DNA of 5,560 nt from a virus (lineage: Duplodnaviria; Heunggongvirae; Uroviricota; Caudoviricetes), in IMG/VR virus record IMGVR_UViG_2534681941_000049, positions 1 to 5,560 of that record; one strand, given 5' to 3'. Positions 1 to 5,368 of this stretch are shown here, piece by piece. Each line of letters starts with the position of its first letter. The first letter of the stretch is position 1. Below the pieces are notes generated by a model. That model was given only the letters and a program-made list of their open reading frames with translations. It was not told where the DNA came from and did not search any database. Position numbers and translations under genes: made by a program.

Positions 1-114
1 GCGATGCGCCTGCAAGAGGCATCCGGCGGGGAACTTCAGTACGACCCCAAAGTTTATGACGAATATCGTAAGGCAAAGCGGGCGGGGCGGTTGAACAATG
101 AAAATCACCCCTGA
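1..114 (+). CDS. 3' end of an upstream gene (partial, start lies outside the window); product unknown
   Basis: Frame 1 is open from the window edge to TGA at 112-114 (…MRLQEASGGELQYDPKVYDEYRKAKRAGRLNNENHP*). Its end overlaps the ATG at 98 of the next gene, the same compact arrangement seen through the rest of the operon. Too short to assign a family. Confidence 0.3.
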   Translation, partial: AMRLQEASGGELQYDPKVYDEYRKAKRAGRLNNENHP

Positions 115-649
115 ACAGGTTTGTGAGGCTCTGGATGCCTGGGTGTGCCGACCAGGAATGACACAGGAACAGGCGACGATATTAATCACGGAAGCATTCT
201 GGGCTCTGAAAGAACGCCCGAACATCGATGTTCAACGCATCACGTTTAATGATGGCGAGGTTGATCAACGGGCGCTGGGCGTTAACCGGGTGAAGATATT
301 CGAACGCTGGAAAGCTATCGACACCAGAGATAAGCGTGACAAATTCACGGCGCTGATTCCGGCAATTATGGAGGCTATCCGGATCAGCGATTTCAGATTG
401 TATTGTGAAATTACTGACGGAAAAAGCATTACGTACATGATCGCCGGGTTAAACAAAGAATATGGCGATGTGGTGGAGTCCGGGCTGCTTTTTGCGGATC
501 CAGTTGTTGTGGAACGTGAGACTGACGAGCTTATAGAAAAAGCTATTGCTTTCAAGCACGCGTATCGTCAGCAATACCAATATTACTTTGCAGATAAACA
601 AATGTCTGCCAGGGGTTCGTATGAGTATCGATGCACTACGATGGGCTAA
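98..649 (+). CDS. YdaT-family protein (DUF1019-like; CII-like regulator of Rac-type prophages), 183 aa
   Basis: ATG at 98, TAA at 647-649. The N-terminal half (MKITPEQV…AW…; …KIFERWKAIDTRDKRDKFTALIPAIMEAI) matches my recollection of E. coli Rac YdaT (…KIFRWVEKDT…ALLPAIEK…). It sits immediately upstream of the replication initiator, as ydaT/cII does in Rac and lambdoid phages. Family call is from memory, not a search. Confidence 0.7.
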   Translation: MKITPEQVCEALDAWVCRPGMTQEQATILITEAFWALKERPNIDVQRITFNDGEVDQRALGVNRVKIFERWKAIDTRDKRDKFTALIPAIMEAIRISDFRLYCEITDGKSITYMIAGLNKEYGDVVESGLLFADPVVVERETDELIEKAIAFKHAYRQQYQYYFADKQMSARGSYEYRCTTMG

Positions 650-1661
650 AAAGGTGAAAACCGGCAGTTCATCCAGTAAGTCAGTATTGACCTGGCTTGC
701 TGATATGTGCGGTGCCGATTTGTGTGCATACCCGTCTGTATCTGCACTGGCAGAAGTAACGGAACTGAACAAAAAGACTGTGCAGGACAGCTTACGACAC
801 CTGATGGAGATTGGGTTAATTGTTGATACCGGTGAGAGAAAAGGCAGAACAAAGCAAATTGTGGTGTACCGACTTATCGGTGTAGAAGAAAGTGTTGCCG
901 AGCCTGAATACACCCAAAAACGGGTGTCTTTAAAGGTGGGTAAAATTGGTGCTGTTAATAAAAACAGTACCGAAAACGGTTATGTTTCAGCACAAAAGAG
1001 CCCCAAAAACGGAACTCTTTGTTGCATGGAAAATAACCAAAGACACCCAAATTTTCCATCAAAGACACCCAAAAACGGATCACGGAACCCAAAGGAACCC
1101 AAAGATCTAAACCCCACACATAACGCACGCGAGAGTGCTCCGACCAGTGAGCAGGAAGTTTTGTCGTTACAGGCAGCCCCCCATGTATTCCTGGATGGCC
1201 TGAGCGAACCCATCGGAAAATTTCCGATGACCGATAGCTGGTATCCGTCACGGGATTTTCGACGACGGGCTGCGTTGTGGGGGATGGCTTTGCCGGAGAC
1301 AGAATTTACACCTGCTGAACTTACCGCATTCCGGGACTACTGGGCAGCGGAGGGGAAAGTGTTTACGCAGATTCAGTGGGAGCAGAAATTCGCCCGTCAC
1401 GTAAATCACGTCAGGGCGCAGGTTAAACCAGTCAGCAAGGGGGTAAACCATGCAGCAGCACCAGGTGGCACCGCATCACGGGCAGTTCAGGAAATTCGGG
1501 CAGCACGTGAGCAGTGGGAACGTGAAAACGGATTTATCAGCGACGGAAACGGCCTGGAAGCTGTGGGAACTCATGGGGGAGGTTTATTCGAACCGCTGGA
1601 CCCAGAAGAACGGGGCCGCACCTTCGAAGCTCTGGATTGCACAGATTGGCGCGATGACTGA
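621..1661 (+). CDS. Phage replication initiator: N-terminal helix-turn-helix (O-like/HTH_36-type) domain plus C-terminal DnaT-like domain
   Basis: ATG at 621 preceded by AGGGG (611-615); the ORF-track start at 546 is a TTG and is less likely. N-terminus MSIDALRWAKKV…SVLTWLADMC…YPSVSALAEVTELNKKTVQDSLRHLMEIGLI is typical of phage replication-protein HTH domains. The C-terminal part (FPMTDSWYPSRDFRRRAALWGMALPETEFTPAELTAFRDYWAAEGKVFTQIQWEQKFARHV) resembles the DnaT C-terminal domain. A low-complexity P/K/N-rich linker separates them and the protein ends in an acidic tail (…DCTDWRDD). Stop TGA at 1659-1661. Confidence 0.8.
   Translation: MSIDALRWAKKVKTGSSSSKSVLTWLADMCGADLCAYPSVSALAEVTELNKKTVQDSLRHLMEIGLIVDTGERKGRTKQIVVYRLIGVEESVAEPEYTQKRVSLKVGKIGAVNKNSTENGYVSAQKSPKNGTLCCMENNQRHPNFPSKTPKNGSRNPKEPKDLNPTHNARESAPTSEQEVLSLQAAPHVFLDGLSEPIGKFPMTDSWYPSRDFRRRAALWGMALPETEFTPAELTAFRDYWAAEGKVFTQIQWEQKFARHVNHVRAQVKPVSKGVNHAAAPGGTASRAVQEIRAAREQWERENGFISDGNGLEAVGTHGGGLFEPLDPEERGRTFEALDCTDWRDD
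905..1120. repeat. Iteron-like direct repeats inside the initiator gene (putative replication origin)
   Basis: Direct repeats: aaagacacccaaa at 1039-1051 and 1061-1073 (22 bp apart); ggaacccaaag in tandem at 1084-1094 and 1094-1104; cacccaaaaacgg-type copies at 911-923 and 1066-1079, with variants ccccaaaaacgga (1001-1013) and accgaaaacgg (969-979). About seven copies of a (A/C)CCCAAA core in roughly 200 bp, all in the inter-domain linker of the initiator gene. Confidence 0.45.
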
Positions 1662-2115
1662 GCAGCAAATCCGGCAGGTCTGCCGCCAGTGCATGGACCG
1701 CTGCCGGGCGGGTGAAACATGGCCTCCGGACCTGGCTGAGTTTGTGGCACTGATTTCGAAAAGCGGAGCCAATCCATTCGGTCTGACGGTGGATGCTGTG
1801 ATGGAGGAGTACCGCCGCTGGCGCAATGAGTCCTGGCGATACGACGGAAGTGATAAGTACCCGTGGTCTCAGCCTGTGCTGTATCACATTTGCCTCGAGA
1901 TGCGTTCAAAGGGGATTGAGCGCCAGATGACCGAAGGGGAATTAAAACGGCTTGCAGAACGGCAACTGACGAAATGGGCAAAGCATGTTAGTAACGGCCT
2001 GAGCGTTCCGCCAGTACGGCGACAACTGGCGGCACCAAAACGCCCGTTGGGACCAACGCCAATTGAGTTGCTGAAACAGGAGTATGAACGCCGGAAAGCG
2101 GCTGGTTTTGTCTGA
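1450..2115 (+). CDS. Lambda P-like replication protein (replicative helicase loader)
   Basis: ATG at 1450 lies 6 nt after a strong SD AAGGGGG (1437-1443) and directly after an in-frame TAA (1444-1446). Clear similarity to my recollection of lambda P: ours …EFVALISK…[47 protein letters not shown]… versus lambda …GQFVAWCREE…YPWKSNAHYWLVTNLYQNMRANALTDAELRRKAADELVHMTARINRG…. Stop TGA at 2113-2115. Start is uncertain: in-frame alternatives are ATG 1573 and ATG 1654, the latter overlapping the upstream stop by 8 nt. Confidence 0.8.
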   Translation: MQQHQVAPHHGQFRKFGQHVSSGNVKTDLSATETAWKLWELMGEVYSNRWTQKNGAAPSKLWIAQIGAMTEQQIRQVCRQCMDRCRAGETWPPDLAEFVALISKSGANPFGLTVDAVMEEYRRWRNESWRYDGSDKYPWSQPVLYHICLEMRSKGIERQMTEGELKRLAERQLTKWAKHVSNGLSVPPVRRQLAAPKRPLGPTPIELLKQEYERRKAAGFV

Positions 2116-2149
2116 TTTGAGAAGTAATTTTTATCCGGAGGAAATTTTA

Positions 2150-2920
2150 ATGGGAACCGTATTGCATGCACTGAAAGCGATGGGTAAAGCCAATTCTGTT
2201 GAACTGGCGGCGCGGCTTGATATCAGCCGTGAAGAAGTTCTCAACGAACTGTGGGAACTCAAAAAAAATGGCGTTGTTGATAAAACGGGTCACACCTGGT
2301 TTCTGGCTGGTGAAGGTGAATCCGGGGTAACCGAAGAACAGCCAGCACAGTCTGAAGTACCGGATGTGCTGACCGGGGAGGTCGAACAAAAAGTTACTGC
2401 GGACATGATGATTGAGTTTATCTGTCAGGATGGGGCTAAAACGTGTGAGGAACTGGCGGATAAGTTCGGTGTTAGCATTCGCAAGGTTGCTTCCACGTTG
2501 GCGGTCGTAACAGCAACGGGGAGCCTGGCACGCGTAAATCAGAACGGTAAATTTCGTTACTGCATACCGGGCGCTGATTTACCGGCAGAGCCGGAAGCTG
2601 CATCGGTAACGGAAACCGATGGTAAAGCCTTTCCTCAGCCAACAGGTGTTGCGTTACCAGTCCGGGAAGCGGAAACACAGGAAGAAATAAAAACTGAAAG
2701 TGTGGCGGTCACAGTGCAGTCACAGCCGTTGTTCACCAGAAAACATCCGGATGGTCTGATTTTACCATCGCTGCATGTGGCTAACCGCGAGCTGCGCCGG
2801 GCAAAAGGTCAGGTTCAGAAGTGGGAGCGTGTCTGCGCCGCGCTGCGGGAGCTGAACAAGCACCGGGATATTGTTCGGCAGATTGTCGATTCATCCGGTC
2901 GTATTGTGTCGGAAAAGTGA
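2150..2920 (+). CDS. Tandem winged-helix DNA-binding protein, function unknown (possibly DUF1627-like)
   Basis: ATG at 2150 with GGAGG (2137-2141) 8 nt upstream; the ORF-track start at 2084 falls inside the P-like gene with a poorly spaced SD. Two wHTH-like segments ([28 protein letters not shown]; [32 protein letters not shown]), an acidic linker and a C-terminal coiled-coil-like region ([28 protein letters not shown]). Stop TGA at 2918-2920. Confidence 0.7.
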   Translation: MGTVLHALKAMGKANSVELAARLDISREEVLNELWELKKNGVVDKTGHTWFLAGEGESGVTEEQPAQSEVPDVLTGEVEQKVTADMMIEFICQDGAKTCEELADKFGVSIRKVASTLAVVTATGSLARVNQNGKFRYCIPGADLPAEPEAASVTETDGKAFPQPTGVALPVREAETQEEIKTESVAVTVQSQPLFTRKHPDGLILPSLHVANRELRRAKGQVQKWERVCAALRELNKHRDIVRQIVDSSGRIVSEK

Positions 2921-2935
2921 TTGCCGGAGGCGCTT

Positions 2936-3331
2936 ATGGCGAAACCTTTTACACACGAACAGCGTGAAGAACTGAAGGCCCGAATTATCGGGCTGGTACG
3001 CAAAAATGAACGCATGACGATATCACAACTGGAGAGAGCGACGGGAGCAGGCTGGCATTCAGTCAGACGTTGCCTTGTGGATGTACTGGCTTGCGGCGAT
3101 TTATACATGCCCGGTAAATACGGTGTTTTTACATCAGAACAGGTGTATCGCGTATGGCGTAAGGCAGCGGAGAAAACAACCGACCAGACATTGATTCGAA
3201 AGTTACCAGACGGAGAAATACGCCGCTACGACAGACAACAGAACATAATCTGTGGCGAGTGCCGGAAGAGTGAAGTTATGCTGCGTGTACTGGCGTTCTA
3301 TCAGGGCAATTTTCAGGAGGCGGTATTGTGA
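2936..3331 (+). CDS. Hypothetical protein, 131 aa; N-terminal wHTH-like segment and C-terminal CxxC motif
   Basis: ATG at 2936 with GGAGG (2926-2930) 5 nt upstream; the track start at 2921 is TTG. Sequence includes MTISQLERATGAGWHSVRRCLVDVLA (HTH-like) and …NIICGECRK…. Stop TGA at 3329-3331. Confidence 0.65.
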   Translation: MAKPFTHEQREELKARIIGLVRKNERMTISQLERATGAGWHSVRRCLVDVLACGDLYMPGKYGVFTSEQVYRVWRKAAEKTTDQTLIRKLPDGEIRRYDRQQNIICGECRKSEVMLRVLAFYQGNFQEAVL

Positions 3332-3744
3332 GTGAATTAGCTATCAGGCTTCAATTGTCGCTGGCATTCACATCAAAGGAGAAGAGCATGGAAATAAAAC
3401 CAGAAGATGAGTTAAGCAATATCGTTTTATTTCCGGTAAAAGAGGATGACCCACGTAATCAGGTTAATTTTCTTTATGAGCCATCGGAAAGAGCATATTG
3501 TCATCACGCCTCTGTTCGGGTTGACGAAAAAGAGCGTCAGGTCCGCTGTAAAATCTGCGGTGCAGTTGTGGAGCCATTTGACTGGATGCTCTCTGTGGCG
3601 AAAAGAGAAACCAGACTGGCAGATGATGTAAGGATCTTGCGCCAGGAGGAACGGGAAAGGCGGAGAAATATAGAAAAGCTAATTCAGATTGAGCGTAACG
3701 TGAAAGCGCGGATACGCAGGGTGACAAAATCCAGAACTGAATAA
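3328..3744 (+). CDS. Hypothetical zinc-ribbon (C-x-H…C-x2-C) protein with a basic coiled-coil C-terminus
   Basis: GTG at 3328 overlaps the upstream stop (GTGA) with AGGAGG (3315-3320) 7 nt upstream. Alternative start ATG 3388 with AAGGAG (3376-3381) 6 nt upstream; I cannot decide between them. Motif YCHHASVRVDEKERQVRCKICGAV suggests a zinc ribbon; the C-terminus RILRQEERERRRNIEKLIQIERNVKARIRR is basic and helical. Stop TAA at 3742-3744. Confidence 0.65.
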   Translation: MSELAIRLQLSLAFTSKEKSMEIKPEDELSNIVLFPVKEDDPRNQVNFLYEPSERAYCHHASVRVDEKERQVRCKICGAVVEPFDWMLSVAKRETRLADDVRILRQEERERRRNIEKLIQIERNVKARIRRVTKSRTE

Positions 3745-3772
3745 TTAAATTTAGCTCTGTTAAAAATTTAAT
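3744..3772. promoter_or_regulatory. AT-rich inverted repeat in an intergenic region (possible operator or promoter element)
   Basis: ATTAAATTT (3744-3752) and its exact reverse complement AAATTTAAT (3764-3772) flank an 11-bp spacer. It lies between the stop at 3744 and the SD GGAGG (3781-3785) of the next gene. An all-A/T stem is a poor intrinsic terminator, so a protein-binding site or promoter element is more plausible. Confidence 0.2.
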
Positions 3773-3792
3773 CCTTAACCGGAGGTATATCA

Positions 3793-4005
3793 ATGTCAAA
3801 CGCACAGAAAGTTATTAACGCTGAAAAATATAACGAGTGGGTGAAAAAGTTCTCAGAGCAGATTTTTAAAATTACTGGCGACGAGAATGCGGCAAAAAAT
3901 GAATTAGAGCCGTGGACACCTGAAGGTGTCGACCCAAATTATTGCTGGTGGGATGTTGATCCAGTTGATGCTGCAAATGAAGCTATGAGTTATCACAACG
4001 ATTAA
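3793..4005 (+). CDS. Small acidic hypothetical protein, 70 aa
   Basis: ATG at 3793 with GGAGG (3781-3785) 7 nt upstream; stop TAA at 4003-4005. About 14 D/E versus 6 K (net charge about -8); W-rich C-terminal half (PNYCWWDVDPVDAANEA). Confidence 0.6.
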   Translation: MSNAQKVINAEKYNEWVKKFSEQIFKITGDENAAKNELEPWTPEGVDPNYCWWDVDPVDAANEAMSYHND

Positions 4006-4014
4006 TGTCAGGAG

Positions 4015-4032
4015 GCCGCCCGAAAGGGCGGT
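4015..4032 (+). promoter_or_regulatory. GC-rich stem-loop with GAAA tetraloop between the SD and the start codon of the 4041 gene
   Basis: gCCGCCC-GAAA-GGGCGGt: ccgccc (4016-4021) pairs with gggcgg (4026-4031), loop gaaa. It lies immediately after AGGAGG (4010-4015) and 9 nt before GTG 4041. No downstream U-tract, so not a classical terminator. Confidence 0.3.
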
Positions 4033-4040
4033 AATGAAAA

Positions 4041-4412
4041 GTGACTGAATTAACCAAAGAGAAATTAATCGAAGAAGCCAAATTAAAAATAGCGATTGCG
4101 AAATGCTACCCCAATTCAGGGATGGCACGGGTAGAGGGCGAGTTATTCAAAATTGCACTGGCATCGCTGGAAGCAGAACCGATAGCGTGGGAATGCGGTG
4201 AAAACATAATCCTGTTTAACCCTGACACAGTTGAAGCATACGCAAAACGTGCGGAAATATCACCTAAACCACTATTCTCCGCGCCGCCAGCGCTGGTAGT
4301 GCCTGATAAGTTGCCGCGTGAATACAGAAACGGTTGGCCTCTTGCGTATAGTGATTATGCTGAAGGCTGGAACGACTGCCGCGAAGCCATGCTTCAGGGA
4401 GATAAATCATGA
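4041..4412 (+). CDS. Hypothetical protein, 123 aa
   Basis: GTG at 4041 is the only start available after the in-frame TGA at 4035-4037; the next in-frame ATG is at 4122. The nearest SD (AGGAGG 4010-4015) is about 25 nt upstream unless the intervening hairpin shortens the effective spacing. Stop TGA at 4410-4412 overlaps the next start (ATGA). Confidence 0.6.
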   Translation: MTELTKEKLIEEAKLKIAIAKCYPNSGMARVEGELFKIALASLEAEPIAWECGENIILFNPDTVEAYAKRAEISPKPLFSAPPALVVPDKLPREYRNGWPLAYSDYAEGWNDCREAMLQGDKS

Positions 4413-4759
4413 TTAATCGTATCAAGCTGGAGCACATCCTCGAATATGCCAGGCAGCAGAGGCATATTGGTCAGCATTGTAAAATTCCACCAGGAGATAT
4501 GGTTGAAATCATGGAGATTGCCATGCGCAAGGCTGGCAACTCTCCGGTAACTCCGGATGGTTGGATAAGCTGTAGTGAGCGAATGCCGGAGAAATACGAT
4601 TTCGATATCTGGGTATTCTCTCCATCCAGAGGTGTTCTTGACGGGCTACAGTGGGATGGCTCGATGTTTACTGATGATGAATATCAGTTCGTTATTCATG
4701 ACGCCACGCATTGGATGAGAAAAGTATATCCAGCAGCACCGCAGCAGGATGGTGAATGA
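4409..4759 (+). CDS. DUF551-like phage protein, 116 aa
   Basis: ATG at 4409 with GGGAGA (4397-4402) 6 nt upstream, overlapping the upstream stop. Motif GWISCSERMPEKYDFDIWVF…DATHWMRKVYPAAP resembles the DUF551 pattern as I recall it (W-I-x-V-x-D-R-L-P-E … T-H-W-M-P-L-P). Confidence 0.7.
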   Translation: MINRIKLEHILEYARQQRHIGQHCKIPPGDMVEIMEIAMRKAGNSPVTPDGWISCSERMPEKYDFDIWVFSPSRGVLDGLQWDGSMFTDDEYQFVIHDATHWMRKVYPAAPQQDGE

Positions 4760-4845
4760 TGCCGCCAGTTAAAGTTGTGATTATCACTTTGGTGATGATA
4801 GTGATTGCGAGAATCATGTCTGGTGAAATTGTGTGGATATGGTAA
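4756..4845 (+). CDS. Small hydrophobic peptide ORF, 29 aa, predicted single transmembrane helix (not in the ORF track)
   Basis: ATG at 4756 overlaps the DUF551 stop TGA 4757-4759 (ATGA coupling); a second in-frame ATG is at 4759. Translation: MMPPVKVVIITLVMIVIARIMSGEIVWIW, stop TAA at 4843-4845. Weak SD-like CAGGAT/GGTGA just upstream. Followed within about 35 nt by terminator hairpins. Confidence 0.4.
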   Translation: MMPPVKVVIITLVMIVIARIMSGEIVWIW

Positions 4846-4878
4846 TGGCTAAGGCAGCAGCAGAGCGCAACTAACAAT

Positions 4879-4907
4879 CCTCGCACTCGCGGGGATTTCT
4901 TTTATCT
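4879..4907 (+). terminator. Putative intrinsic terminator (first of a tandem pair)
   Basis: cctcgc (4879-4884) pairs with gcgggg (4889-4894), including one G-U pair, loop acuc; followed by ATTTCTTTTATCT (4895-4907). Confidence 0.4.
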
Positions 4908-4908
4908 G

Positions 4909-4933
4909 AACTCGCTACGGCGAGTTTTGTTTT
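4909..4933 (+). terminator. Putative intrinsic (rho-independent) terminator
   Basis: Perfect 7-bp stem AACTCGC (4909-4915) / GCGAGTT (4920-4926) with loop TACG, followed by the T-tract TTTTGTTTT (4925-4933). Confidence 0.6.
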
Positions 4934-4946
4934 ATGGAGACAAGAA

Positions 4947-5291
4947 ATGTCAGATTTGGCTATGAAGGTTTTGAAATGGCAATCAACTGGCGATGTCGGC
5001 ATCAGTAGCGCAACTCTTGCCTCAATCGCATGTGGCCTGAAAAAGAATATCTATGGTCATGGCTTCGGTGCTCCACATGACGCAGCCGATTTCAGACGAT
5101 GCGTTGCACTTGTTGAGCAGATTCCAGAAATCAGAGATTCATTCGACAAGGTTGCAAAGCGCGTTCCGGCATTCAAAGGAATCCTCAACGAATGGGATTC
5201 CCTCGTTGCTCTGTTGAAGTCTGAAATGAAGATACACGGAAACAAAGCACCAGAGACTTACAGAAGAATCAGCGAGCTACGCAAGGACTAA
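4947..5291 (+). CDS. Hypothetical protein, 114 aa; moron-like gene bracketed by terminators
   Basis: ATG at 4947 with GGAGA (4936-4940) 6 nt upstream; stop TAA at 5289-5291. No family recognised (MSDLAMKVLKWQSTGDVGISSATLASIACGLKKNIYGHGFGAPHDAADFRRCVALVEQIPEIR…). Confidence 0.65.
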   Translation: MSDLAMKVLKWQSTGDVGISSATLASIACGLKKNIYGHGFGAPHDAADFRRCVALVEQIPEIRDSFDKVAKRVPAFKGILNEWDSLVALLKSEMKIHGNKAPETYRRISELRKD

Positions 5292-5328
5292 CGCCTCACA
5301 CTCGATGAGGCCTGTTCATATCTGATAG

Positions 5329-5353
5329 AGCCGCTATATGGCGGTTTCTTTTT
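5329..5353 (+). terminator. Putative intrinsic terminator downstream of the 114-aa gene
   Basis: Stem agccgc (5329-5334) / gcgguu (5341-5346), loop tatatg, followed by TTTCTTTTT (to 5353). A second perfect hairpin gcctca-cactcga-tgaggc (5293-5311) lies just upstream but lacks a U-tract. Confidence 0.5.
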
Positions 5354-5368
5354 GCCTGGAGAATTAAG

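Noticed and set aside
546-620. Longer N-terminal extension of the initiator (track start at 546, TTG)
   Set aside because: ATG at 621 has a well-placed AGGGG SD, and the HTH-domain sequence begins right at MSIDALRW; the extension (MLSSTRIVSNTNITLQINKCLPGVR) lies inside the upstream gene and looks non-native.
2084-2149. Longer N-terminal extension of the winged-helix protein (ATG 2084)
   Set aside because: It would overlap the P-like gene by 32 nt with an SD only 1 nt from the ATG; ATG 2150 has GGAGG at ideal spacing.
265-2678. Minus-strand ORFs in the track: 265..555, 449..913, 646..852, 955..1251, 980..1213, 1248..1451, 1537..1887, 1571..1981, 1584..1826, 1884..2171, 2147..2389, 2472..2678
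   Set aside because: All lie antisense within well-supported + strand genes (YdaT-like, initiator, P-like, winged-helix protein). Their translations are low-complexity or S/R/P/C-rich with no recognisable domains or ribosome-binding sites; typical shadow ORFs.
4034-4048. ATG at 4034 as a start for the 4041 gene
   Set aside because: It is in a different frame and hits a stop after 4 codons (MKSD*); not a gene start.
4846-4946. A sigma70 promoter for the 114-aa gene within the terminator region
   Set aside because: I could not find a convincing -35/-10 pair with 16-18 bp spacing (only weak TTTTAT-like hexamers), so I did not call a promoter; expression by read-through remains the default assumption.
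2815-5245. Minus-strand ORFs 2815..3108, 3464..3805, 3904..4128, 4692..4886 and 5057..5245, and the + strand internal ORF 3446..3631
   Set aside because: Each overlaps a + strand gene that has a proper SD and start; no SD or domain signal of their own. The 4692..4886 minus ORF would start with GTG inside a terminator hairpin and is antisense to the DUF551 gene and small peptide gene. An antisense RNA there cannot be excluded, but a protein is unlikely.
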